From NCBI GenBank assembly GCA_016744535.1, contig JADGEE010000006.1, positions 78-64,077 of the forward strand: DNA of 64,000 bases. Reading direction: 5' to 3'. Position numbers and translations under genes: made by a program. Shown here in pieces: positions 28,413-37,668 of this stretch. Source of the stretch: Campylobacteraceae bacterium (GTDB lineage: Bacteria > Campylobacterota > Campylobacteria > Campylobacterales > BB28). The notes under the pieces were generated by a model. That model made no database searches. It worked only from the letters and a program-made list of their open reading frames with translations, and was not told where the DNA came from. The first letter of the stretch is position 1; each line of letters starts with the position of its first letter.

Positions 28413-29504
28413 TTACTGTTTATGTAAAATTTTATCTAAAATGTCAAAAACTTTATCGCTTCCGTGTTCCATCTCTTCAAATGCACCTTTAATTGCATAA
28501 AAATCAACTGGCTCTATTTTCATTAAATCGAACACTTTTTGAGTTGCATTATGTACTACTTCGTGAGGACTTTCTAATAAACTATAACTTTGAGCTTTTG
28601 AAAAATACTCTTTTCCATTTCCTTCATGATACCATTTTCCTAAGCGACAATTTTTATGATTTACAAATTTAAATACCTCTTTTTGTGTAACTGCTGATAT
28701 ATAAGTATTAACTTTCCAAATTACATGGTCAATTTTTGCTAGAGTCATAAAAACTCTATCTGTTGTAAAGTTTATTTTATCAAATGAAGAGTGTATTAAC
28801 TCTACATCGTGATGTAAGCTATCATTAAAAGAGACTAGAGTCTCATTGGCTTCTGTTATATTTCCCTTTATCTCTTGTGATTTTTCACTTACACTACTTA
28901 CACCTGATTGCATTGTTTGTAAAGAAACATTAATTTCACTAATAGCTTTATTAGTTCTATCTGCCAACTTTCTAACCTCATCAGCAACAACAGCAAAACC
29001 ACGACCGTGTTCCCCTGCTCTAGCTGCTTCAATAGCTGCATTTAGTGCAAGTAAGTTTGTTTGATCTGCAATATCTTGAATTAGTGATAGGATTGAGCTA
29101 ACCTCTTCTGCACTTGTTAATAGATTTAACACAGTATGACTTGAATCTTCAGATAGTTCATTTAATCTATCTAATATTTTCAAAATATCCTCTGATTTTA
29201 AAGATAATTTTTTAATATCACTTAAAAGTTCAGTTGATTGTTTAATATTATCTTTTGATGCACTTACAGATTCATCCATATTTTGTTGAATATCTAATAA
29301 GTTTTTCTTAATTTGCTCATTTTGGTACTTCATCAATCCTTTAGATTGACTCTTTTTAAGAGCTTTTTCGTCTACAACTTTTTGTAAATTTAAATTATCA
29401 TCTTTTAAACTTTTAATTTCATCTTTTAATTTAAAATTTTCATCTCTTAGAGATTCTATCTCTATTTCTAATTTAGAACTATTTGAAGAGAATAGATTTA
29501 ACAT
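28413..29504 (-). CDS. soluble methyl-accepting chemotaxis protein with C-terminal CZB zinc-binding domain (TlpD-like)
   Basis: 363 aa with no TM segment. Signalling tip [39 protein letters not shown] motifs [20 protein letters not shown]. Confidence 0.85.
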   Translation of the reverse strand: MLNLFSSNSSKLEIEIESLRDENFKLKDEIKSLKDDNLNLQKVVDEKALKKSQSKGLMKYQNEQIKKNLLDIQQNMDESVSASKDNIKQSTELLSDIKKLSLKSEDILKILDRLNELSEDSSHTVLNLLTSAEEVSSILSLIQDIADQTNLLALNAAIEAARAGEHGRGFAVVADEVRKLADRTNKAISEINVSLQTMQSGVSSVSEKSQEIKGNITEANETLVSFNDSLHHDVELIHSSFDKINFTTDRVFMTLAKIDHVIWKVNTYISAVTQKEVFKFVNHKNCRLGKWYHEGNGKEYFSKAQSYSLLESPHEVVHNATQKVFDLMKIEPVDFYAIKGAFEEMEHGSDKVFDILDKILHKQ

Positions 29505-29543
29505 AATAACTCCCTACATAAAATTATTTAATAACTTATTATA

Positions 29544-29567
29544 ATATTGTTAAATATATTGTTAAAT
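29544..29567. repeat. perfect tandem 2 x 12 nt (atattgttaaat) in the promoter region of the CZB chemoreceptor gene
   Basis: Read directly. Lies 40-63 nt upstream of the start at 29504. Confidence 0.7.
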
Positions 29568-29819
29568 AAATTTTTATTACATTTTTTATAAGATTTTTTG
29601 AAGCTGATTTTAATTAAATATAATTATATTTAATTAAATATATACTTATAATTATAGTCTCTTAATATATTCTATGCTAATGAAAAAATTAACAGATTAA
29701 AAATATATTAAATTTAAATTGGATTTAATTGGAGTGATTATGCAAAATGTACAAAAAACTCAAAATATTAGTTATTTAATAGAGAATGATGAAAGATTAA
29801 TGAAAAAAACTTTTCTAAT

Positions 29820-31928
29820 TTATCTACTAGAAGCTTTTAGTACTATCTCAAAAACTGCAACATCTTTTAAAGTTTTATCATTATAAGCTTTAATACTTCC
29901 TCCATTCTCTTTTAAAATTTTTTGGGCAATATTTAAACCAATTCCCATTCCTTTATCGACTTTTGTACTAATAAATGGCTCAAATACTTTATCTAAAATA
30001 TCATCAGGAATTCCACCTGCATTATCTTTAATAAAAATATGAATTTTATCTTTCACTTTTTTCATAGTTATATCTATAAACTTATCTTCAAAGTTCATAT
30101 TGACTTTGGTAAACTCATCAACTGCATTATTTAATATAATAATCCAAACTTGCTCTATTCTCTGTTTACTAATTGCAGACAAAAATTCATCTTGGTTTAT
30201 ATCTAAATCTAGTGTAAAAAGATTGCTATTAATATAGACATTTGATATATTTTTTGCTCTATGATGAACCATTCTTAAAGCATAAATTAGAGTTGAATAA
30301 AGATTAGTTACTTCTATTTTATTATCACTTTTAAAAGTCACCTCTTTCATAGCATTTACAATTCCGGAGATTCTAACAATACCCTCAAATATTATATCCA
30401 TACTTAAGTACATAGCATCTCTTAACTTTTTATCTTCAATACTGTCTAAATCAAACTTTAGTAACTCTAAATTTCCTTTGATGTATGTAAGAGGGGTGTT
30501 TATCTCGTGGGTAATTCCAGCAGCTAATTTTCCAATTGAAGCTAATTTTATATCACTTATTTTCTCCTCTTTCATCTGTTCTAATAAATTTCGTTGTTTA
30601 GAAATATCAGTTACAAAAGCAAATATAATGATCTCTTTACATTTAATGGTGGTAGCATTAAATAGAGTATATATTTTTTTTCCGAGTTTTGATTTTAAAG
30701 TTATCTCATAAGTTCTATTTTTTATAGTTAGACTTTTTGAAGTTTGAGCTAAAAATATTTTTCTATTTTCTTCATCCACAAAATCAAATGGGGTTTTTCC
30801 TATCATCTCCTCTTTTGTAAATTCTAACATTTGACAAAGTGCATTATTTACATTGATAGTTTCTTTATTACTATTTAATTCCCAATATCCCTCACTTGTA
30901 GAGTTTATAATATTTTCATATTTCTCTTTACTCATTTGAAGTTCTTTTGTTCTCTCTGCTACAATATTTTCAAGCTCCTCTACAAAATTTTCTAACTCTT
31001 TATCTTTATGTTCTATTTTTCTAACCATTCCTCCAAAGCTTTTTTGTAATATAAAAAATACAATTATTATAATAAAAATAGTAGCAATAATAGAATAAAG
31101 CATTATTTTTTGTGAAAAATCAATATCTGCTGTAACATTTTGAACTAAAAATAGAGTTGCTTTATAATCATTATGAAAATTTTTAAGATTAACGTGATTA
31201 TGTATAATATAGTGTTTATCCCCTACACTTATAATTTCGTGTTCTTTATCTGATTTTATATTTTTTATAACTTTTTTCAAAAATTTTCCATCATGTTTTG
31301 TACAACAATTATTAAGTACGAATTCATTATCTTTATTTTTATAAATAATAGAACTTGATAAACTTTTAAAAAATTTATCTAATTTATCTACTAATTGATA
31401 TGGGCTTATGGAAAACTCTAAAGCTCCATTATATTTATCTTCATAAAAAATAGGGTGAACAATTTTATAGTAAAGGCGATTATTTGTAAATTCAAATCCA
31501 TAAGCTGGTTTTTTATTTTTATTTACCTCCTCTACAATAGAGTTACTTTTAGTACTAATATTACTTAAACTCACTGTCAAAGAGTTATCAGATGCGTAAA
31601 AACTCATATCTTTTAAAAAAATATTCTCTTTCCTTAATATCCCATAGTTACTTAAAACTAAATCATAGACTTTTTTTTCATCCCCATCTTTAAGTGCATC
31701 GTTAATTAAAATTATATTTTCTCTAGCTCTTGAGGTATAAAATTTTGAAATATCTTCTAAAAATAAATTTATAAATTTATTTACTTTATCCTCTTTCTCA
31801 TCTAAGTTAAAATCTAAACTATACCTATGCTCTAAAATATTTAAATAGATAAAAATAGAGGATAAAATAACTATAATTAACATTACTATAGATATAGATT
31901 TATCTTTTAAGCCTAAATTTTTAAACAT
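29820..31928 (-). CDS. sensor histidine kinase (periplasmic Cache-like domain, PAS, HisKA, HATPase)
   Basis: 702 aa. Two TM segments bracket ~240 aa. PAS region, H-box GITHEINTPL, and KDNAGGI / GMGIGL ATPase motifs. Confidence 0.85.
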   Translation of the reverse strand: MFKNLGLKDKSISIVMLIIVILSSIFIYLNILEHRYSLDFNLDEKEDKVNKFINLFLEDISKFYTSRARENIILINDALKDGDEKKVYDLVLSNYGILRKENIFLKDMSFYASDNSLTVSLSNISTKSNSIVEEVNKNKKPAYGFEFTNNRLYYKIVHPIFYEDKYNGALEFSISPYQLVDKLDKFFKSLSSSIIYKNKDNEFVLNNCCTKHDGKFLKKVIKNIKSDKEHEIISVGDKHYIIHNHVNLKNFHNDYKATLFLVQNVTADIDFSQKIMLYSIIATIFIIIIVFFILQKSFGGMVRKIEHKDKELENFVEELENIVAERTKELQMSKEKYENIINSTSEGYWELNSNKETINVNNALCQMLEFTKEEMIGKTPFDFVDEENRKIFLAQTSKSLTIKNRTYEITLKSKLGKKIYTLFNATTIKCKEIIIFAFVTDISKQRNLLEQMKEEKISDIKLASIGKLAAGITHEINTPLTYIKGNLELLKFDLDSIEDKKLRDAMYLSMDIIFEGIVRISGIVNAMKEVTFKSDNKIEVTNLYSTLIYALRMVHHRAKNISNVYINSNLFTLDLDINQDEFLSAISKQRIEQVWIIILNNAVDEFTKVNMNFEDKFIDITMKKVKDKIHIFIKDNAGGIPDDILDKVFEPFISTKVDKGMGIGLNIAQKILKENGGSIKAYNDKTLKDVAVFEIVLKASSR

Positions 31929-31930
31929 TT

Positions 31931-32632
31931 CTATTTACAACTATTAATTATATACTTACTATCTGGATATAAATAAATTTCAACTCTTCTATTTAGTGCC
32001 ATATTCTCTTTTGTTGTATTTGCTACAAGTGGATTTGAGTATGAACACCCAGCAGTTCTTATCTCATTAGCAATTCCTCGTGATTGTAAAATTTTAAGTA
32101 CACTAATTGCTCTTCGCTCTGATAATCTATAGTTATAATCATAACTTCCTTTATCATCAGTATGTCCTACAATTTGTAGTATTGTTTGAGGATACTCTGT
32201 TAAAACGCTCGATAATTGTATAAGTTTTTGTTCAGCTTCATTAGTTGGAGTATATGAATTTGTTTTAAACATCATCTCATCTTTAATTGATATTTTAATT
32301 CTAGTCTCCTCTTTTACAACAGATATTACATCAGAGTAATTTTCCGTTGCACTTACATTTGTTCCAAGTGAATTAGCAACTTCATCTGCTTGTTGATCCA
32401 ATGAATAACCAATTATTCCTCCAAGCACTGCCCCTGCTCCTGCTCCAATACCAGCACCTTTTTTTCTATCTTTTTTATTACTAACTCCAGCTCCAATTGC
32501 AGCTCCAGCTAATGCACCAATTGTAGTTCCTAATGCTGTGTTAGTTCCCATACCTCCCATTCCCATATTAGAACCAGTACAACCTCCAAGTAAAAATCCA
32601 ACTATCGATATTGAAATTAACCCTCTTTTCAT
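31931..32632 (-). CDS. OmpA-family lipoprotein with glycine-zipper N-terminal region
   Basis: 233 aa. Lipobox LLGGC, Gly-rich GxxxG tract, OmpA_C motifs (GHTD...YN..LS.RRA, NRRVEI). Confidence 0.85.
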   Translation of the reverse strand: MKRGLISISIVGFLLGGCTGSNMGMGGMGTNTALGTTIGALAGAAIGAGVSNKKDRKKGAGIGAGAGAVLGGIIGYSLDQQADEVANSLGTNVSATENYSDVISVVKEETRIKISIKDEMMFKTNSYTPTNEAEQKLIQLSSVLTEYPQTILQIVGHTDDKGSYDYNYRLSERRAISVLKILQSRGIANEIRTAGCSYSNPLVANTTKENMALNRRVEIYLYPDSKYIINSCK

Positions 32633-32642
32633 AAATACTCTC

Positions 32643-33419
32643 CTACTTTTTATAATAACTTTTAACTATATCAGGTAATAATTTTTTTATATTTTCAATT
32701 CTATCACTATCAGTTGGGTGAGTTCTCAAAAATACAAAACCTTCATCAGCCTGATTTAATTTTTGCATATTATACCAAAACTCTAATGCATCATTTGGAT
32801 TATATGAAGCTTTTGCCATTAAAATAAGACCTATTCTATCTGCTTCACTCTCTTGCTTTCTACTATGAGGTAAAACTAAACCTACATTAGAGCCAAATCC
32901 ATAAGCCATATCAAATGTACTTGTCCACTTTGAATTGTTAATTCCAAGTGCTGATGTTAATAAATTTTTACCTACATTAGTTGCTTGTTGCATACTCATC
33001 TTTTCTGCTCCGTGTCTTGCAATAGCATGAGCTATTTCGTGAGACATTACAGTTGCAAGTTGAGATTCACTCTTAGCAACTTTTAAGAGTCCTGTGTAAA
33101 CAAATACTTTTCCACCTGGTAGACAAAAAGCATTTAACTCATCTTTATCAATTAAATTAAACTCCCATTTAAAATCACTTCTATCTGCAACTTTTGCAAT
33201 ATTAGCCCCAACTTTTTTAACCATTTGTATAGCTACTTTGTCACTACTTAATTTCTCTTTTTTTAATATATTATTTGAGGCTTGTAGACCTAAAGTATTC
33301 TCTTCTTCAACTGAAACTAACATCAATTGATGTCTTTTTGTGTATGGAGTTTTTCCCATACAACCTATAAAAAAGATGGGCATTACAATAAGTAGTGTCG
33401 TTAAAATCACTCTTTTCAA
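32643..33419 (-). CDS. M48-family zinc metalloprotease lipoprotein
   Basis: 258 aa. Lipobox FFIGC and HEIAHAIARH zinc motif. Confidence 0.85.
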   Translation of the reverse strand: MKRVILTTLLIVMPIFFIGCMGKTPYTKRHQLMLVSVEEENTLGLQASNNILKKEKLSSDKVAIQMVKKVGANIAKVADRSDFKWEFNLIDKDELNAFCLPGGKVFVYTGLLKVAKSESQLATVMSHEIAHAIARHGAEKMSMQQATNVGKNLLTSALGINNSKWTSTFDMAYGFGSNVGLVLPHSRKQESEADRIGLILMAKASYNPNDALEFWYNMQKLNQADEGFVFLRTHPTDSDRIENIKKLLPDIVKSYYKK

Positions 33420-33445
33420 ATTTTTTCCTTTATTATGAATATTAC

Positions 33446-35548
33446 TTAAAATAAATTATCAAGTTGTTTTAAAAATATATCTTCAACACCTTTTTTAATA
33501 TTTTGAAACTCTTGAGAGTTTTTCAACTTTTCAGGAATAAATTTATCAACAGCTTTCTCTATTTTATCAGAGTTTTTTTCAATTTTTTGTAATACTTTAC
33601 TCTTTAAAAGCCCTTTTGTATCTAATGTTATTTTAGGCCTTTTAATTTTTCCACCTAAATTAACTTTCACATCTTCGTCTTTTATTTTAACTAAGAGAGT
33701 TGAATCTATACTCTCATTTTTTAAATTTAGCTTAGTATTATTTGAAGCAATTTTTGTATTTTTACTTTCCATTGTTAAATTAGCAGTTAAAATATTTTTA
33801 TTAATTTTAGATGACAGGTTTATATCATTATAAACCTCTCTTGTAATATCAAATTTTGCAAAAGTTTTTAGTAGGGTTGTTAATTCATTTTGTAAAAATT
33901 TTCCACCAGAAAGATTTGCATTAATATCACCCTTAGACTTATCTATGTTATATAAAACATCAGCGTTAAGACTTGAGGTAAAAAATCTAGGATATATCAA
34001 CATATCAGAAATTTTTGTAACTTTAATATCATTAATAGTAGCGTTTAAATCGCTATTAATTAATTTAAATTTAACATTACCACCTAATGTTTCAGAAACC
34101 CCTCTAACCATTAGATTCTTATCTTTTAATACATCTCCTTTTAACTTAAAAGAGCCTTTTAATTTCCGTTTTGTAATAAAATATAACTTATTTAAATCAT
34201 TAATTTCAGCTAAATAATCAGCATTAATTGAAGAATCATCTATATTAAAAACAACTTTTTGAGAATATAAATTTGCAATTGAAGTCAAAAAATTAACTTT
34301 TGAAATAACTTTATTTCCATCTAAATTAGTGTTTATATCACCTCTAAAACTTAACTTTTTAATTTTTAACTTCAACTCTTTTTTTGCTACTAATGAATTT
34401 ATTTTTCCATCATAAATTTTAGTAATAATTTTTCCATCTAAGCTTTTTGGTTCTGGATTTTTTATATTTCCATCAATATCAATATTTCCATAAGCATAAA
34501 TTGGTTGATTTAAAATATATAATAACTCTTCTATGTCAGCACTTTTTATGAAAAATTTTATATCTTTAGGTTTGTTTTTATTTAGAGTTATATGATAATT
34601 TGTATCACTTTTTGAAAAATCACTTTTACCATCAATATTTAATAAATTTTTATCTCCTATAACTCTTCCATCTGTTTGAAAAGCTCCATTTAACTTATAA
34701 TTTATAGTTTTCTCAAACTTAGATAAATCATTAATTTTTAATTTATAAGTTGAATTAATACTCTCTTTTAATAAATCAACTAATGAGAAACTACTTAAAG
34801 AGGCTATATTTGATTTAAGAGTTATAGATTGTTTTATCTTTCCATCTTCAAATTTTGCATTTGATAACTGCTCAAAAGTAATATGAGGTAAATTAATATT
34901 AAATTTATCTTTTAATACTTTTTCATAAACTACACCATCATATATTTTTTGAATAATACTTCCTGTCAAATTTTTTGGATTTTCTAAATCAATATCTGTA
35001 AGTTTTGCATATAAATCCAATTTAGCATCTACAAAATTTGGCTGATTTAAAATATAAAGTAACTCATTTATATCAAGTGATTTTATACTTAGAACTACTT
35101 TTTGAGGTTCAAAATTTTCTAAATTAGCAAAATATTCACTCTGTGATGAAGCAATATCAGTATTACCTTTAATAACTAAAGCTTTTGTATCTCCATTTAC
35201 TATACCTTGAGTATTTAAGCTACCATTTAATTTTTGTCCTATCACACTCTCAAATTTACTTAAATCTTTAATATTAATTTTATAATTTAAATCTATATTT
35301 TGCTTAAAAATATCAAAACCACCATTAACAATAATTTGTGAATTACCATCTACAATTAAAGCAAATTTTAAATTATTAAAACTTAATTCAAACTCTGTGA
35401 TTTTAAAATCACCCTTTTTACTCTCATTTAATTTATCCTCTATTATATTTTGTACAAAACCATTTCCAAATGGTGTAAAAGCTAAAGTATAAATTGCTGA
35501 AAATATTAAAATTAAAATTATTAAAATTGATAACAGAAATTTTTTCAT
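33446..35548 (-). CDS. N-terminally anchored envelope protein with internal ~180-aa repeats (AsmA-like? function unknown)
   Basis: 700 aa. One N-terminal TM. Repeat units at aa 88-204 and 268-382 share YK(I/L)xIxDLSKFE...ELLYILNQP...KIYDG. A weaker third unit lies at ~445-530. Confidence 0.6.
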   Translation of the reverse strand: MKKFLLSILIILILIFSAIYTLAFTPFGNGFVQNIIEDKLNESKKGDFKITEFELSFNNLKFALIVDGNSQIIVNGGFDIFKQNIDLNYKINIKDLSKFESVIGQKLNGSLNTQGIVNGDTKALVIKGNTDIASSQSEYFANLENFEPQKVVLSIKSLDINELLYILNQPNFVDAKLDLYAKLTDIDLENPKNLTGSIIQKIYDGVVYEKVLKDKFNINLPHITFEQLSNAKFEDGKIKQSITLKSNIASLSSFSLVDLLKESINSTYKLKINDLSKFEKTINYKLNGAFQTDGRVIGDKNLLNIDGKSDFSKSDTNYHITLNKNKPKDIKFFIKSADIEELLYILNQPIYAYGNIDIDGNIKNPEPKSLDGKIITKIYDGKINSLVAKKELKLKIKKLSFRGDINTNLDGNKVISKVNFLTSIANLYSQKVVFNIDDSSINADYLAEINDLNKLYFITKRKLKGSFKLKGDVLKDKNLMVRGVSETLGGNVKFKLINSDLNATINDIKVTKISDMLIYPRFFTSSLNADVLYNIDKSKGDINANLSGGKFLQNELTTLLKTFAKFDITREVYNDINLSSKINKNILTANLTMESKNTKIASNNTKLNLKNESIDSTLLVKIKDEDVKVNLGGKIKRPKITLDTKGLLKSKVLQKIEKNSDKIEKAVDKFIPEKLKNSQEFQNIKKGVEDIFLKQLDNLF

Positions 35549-35582
35549 ATAAATCCTTTTTTATTTGAGTTTTATTTTATCT

Positions 35583-36776
35583 TTACTCATTCCTAAGTAC
35601 GCTTAAAATATCAATTTCACTTGCTTTCTTTGCAGGATAAAATGAGGATAGAGTTATTATTATAATTGAGCCAATTACTATTGAGATAAAATCAACCATA
35701 GATAAATCTATCGGCAAATAACTTGTTCCATAAACATCCGCTGGAATTGAGATAATATCAAAATTTTCTAAAATATAAAGTCCAAAAAAACCTAAAATAA
35801 TTCCAAAAACTATTCCACTTCCCCCAATTATCAATCCAAGATTCAAAAATATTTTTTTAATTTCACTCTTACTAGCACCCAATGATAAAAGTAGAGCAAT
35901 CTCTTTTCTCCTACTCATAACTGTCATTAAAAGTGAACTTATAATATTTAGAGAAGCTACTAAAATAATTAGCATTAATACGATAAATAGTGCCTTTTTT
36001 TCCATTTCAAATGCTGCAAAAAAGTTTCCATTTTGTTGCCACCAACCAATAATACCAACTTCGCTACCTAAGAATTCTTTTAACTTTTTTATATCTTTTA
36101 ATGGATTATTTGAGTGGATATGTACTCCTGAATAACTATTTTTAGGAGTCTTTAAAACCTTTTCAACCGATTTTAAATCAGTATATAAATATGACCTATC
36201 ATAAGCTACAAGACCAGATTCAAAACTATTAACAACTTTAAATTTTTTAATTTTTGGAATTAAATTAAATCCAGTTGGAGTTAAATCTGTAAAAATCAAA
36301 GTAACTTTTTTACCACTTTGCATAAAAAGTTCATCATAAAGCCCTTTACCCATAATCAATGGAAATTTTGGATTATCTTTTTTTATAGCTTTTGCTAAAA
36401 CATCATTTATCACTTTCTCTTTCTCAAAATCAACTCCAAAAAGTACCGCCCCACTCATCTCTTTATTCTCTTTTACTAAAACTTGAGTTCTAAGATATGG
36501 TGAAAATTTCATATTTGGAAATTTTTTTTCTAATTTAATTAAAAGTTCTATATCAACTGCTCCATAAATTTTTGGATAAATTGTAAGAGGATAATTCATA
36601 GTGAATAGTCTCTTTTCAAACTCTTTACTCATTCCATTCATTATTGCCATTGCAATTATTAAAACCATTACACCAATCATTACACCTAAAAATGCTAAAA
36701 TTGCCGTAATTGATATAAATGGTTGAGATTTATCAAATCTAAGATATTTTTTTACAATATATGAGACTAGATTCAT
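35583..36776 (-). CDS. LolC/LolE-family lipoprotein-releasing ABC permease (FtsX fold)
   Basis: 397 aa. N-terminal TM, large periplasmic loop, C-terminal FtsX-like 3-TM bundle (MSRRKEIALLLSLGAS). Confidence 0.85.
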   Translation of the reverse strand: MNLVSYIVKKYLRFDKSQPFISITAILAFLGVMIGVMVLIIAMAIMNGMSKEFEKRLFTMNYPLTIYPKIYGAVDIELLIKLEKKFPNMKFSPYLRTQVLVKENKEMSGAVLFGVDFEKEKVINDVLAKAIKKDNPKFPLIMGKGLYDELFMQSGKKVTLIFTDLTPTGFNLIPKIKKFKVVNSFESGLVAYDRSYLYTDLKSVEKVLKTPKNSYSGVHIHSNNPLKDIKKLKEFLGSEVGIIGWWQQNGNFFAAFEMEKKALFIVLMLIILVASLNIISSLLMTVMSRRKEIALLLSLGASKSEIKKIFLNLGLIIGGSGIVFGIILGFFGLYILENFDIISIPADVYGTSYLPIDLSMVDFISIVIGSIIIITLSSFYPAKKASEIDILSVLRNE

Positions 36777-36860
36777 ATTATTAAAGCCTTTAAAAAATAT
36801 TAAATAATTATATTATCATTCTATATGATATTGTACTTTTTTAAAGATAAAAACCTAATT

Positions 36861-37568
36861 TTAAAACTTATAGACAAACTCAATTTTAGTCATCGTATCT
36901 ATTTTGTTAATTTGACCTAGTGGTGGAAGATTATCAAATGTCATTTCAAATCCTGTTTTAAAAGATAGATTTCCAACTATAAAAAAAGTAAATCCTACAT
37001 CTAAATTGCTCTCAAAATCTTTTGAATCTTCACTATTCTGTAAAAGTTCAATTTCACTCTTAAATCTATTTTTATTAAACCTATATTTGTATTTAAATTT
37101 TACTGTTGTATATAAAAACTCTTCTCTATCTTGATTAATTAAATTATTTTCTCTATAAATTAAACCTATTCTAGCTTTAATTAAATTATTTAAAAATTCA
37201 ACTACTTCTCTTTGCACTCCTAAACCAATAGAGTATTGATGTCTATAACCTTGAAATCTATTTTGTAAATAATTTATTTCACTATAAGAGATAATTTTTT
37301 CAACTATATTATGGCTCTTATCAAATTTAACTCTGTATCTCTCATTTGTTTTTGTGTCTCTATTTTGAGAATATAAAACATCAACTTTAAAGATAGTTTT
37401 TATATCTTCACTCTCTTTATTGCTAAATCCAAAACCACCATTTAGAGTTAAATTTTTTGTATTTCCAGTTGTATTTACTACACCAAATTTTAATTTTTTA
37501 ATTAAACTTGCATCTAACAGTGTAAAAGATATAGATGTTATAAAAATTAAAAATATAATTTTATTCAA
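36861..37568 (-). CDS. DUF481-like outer-membrane beta-barrel protein
   Basis: 235 aa. Signal peptide, alternating beta-strand pattern, C-terminal aromatic residue (YKF). Confidence 0.6.
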   Translation of the reverse strand: MNKIIFLIFITSISFTLLDASLIKKLKFGVVNTTGNTKNLTLNGGFGFSNKESEDIKTIFKVDVLYSQNRDTKTNERYRVKFDKSHNIVEKIISYSEINYLQNRFQGYRHQYSIGLGVQREVVEFLNNLIKARIGLIYRENNLINQDREEFLYTTVKFKYKYRFNKNRFKSEIELLQNSEDSKDFESNLDVGFTFFIVGNLSFKTGFEMTFDNLPPLGQINKIDTMTKIEFVYKF

Positions 37569-37668
37569 AATGCTCCTTTTTTTAAAAAAAGAATAATAGA
37601 TAAAGTTAGCTTAAATTAAAAAATTGCTACTATACACACTAAAAAATGCAAATAAATTAGGGAAAATA

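Noticed and set aside
37624-37668. TTG-initiated 15-codon N-terminal extension of bamA given in the ORF track.
   Set aside because: The ATG at 37669 is followed immediately by a typical signal peptide (MKKKLATLLLATTTIFA) and is preceded by an AGGGA purine tract. The extension adds non-signal residues.
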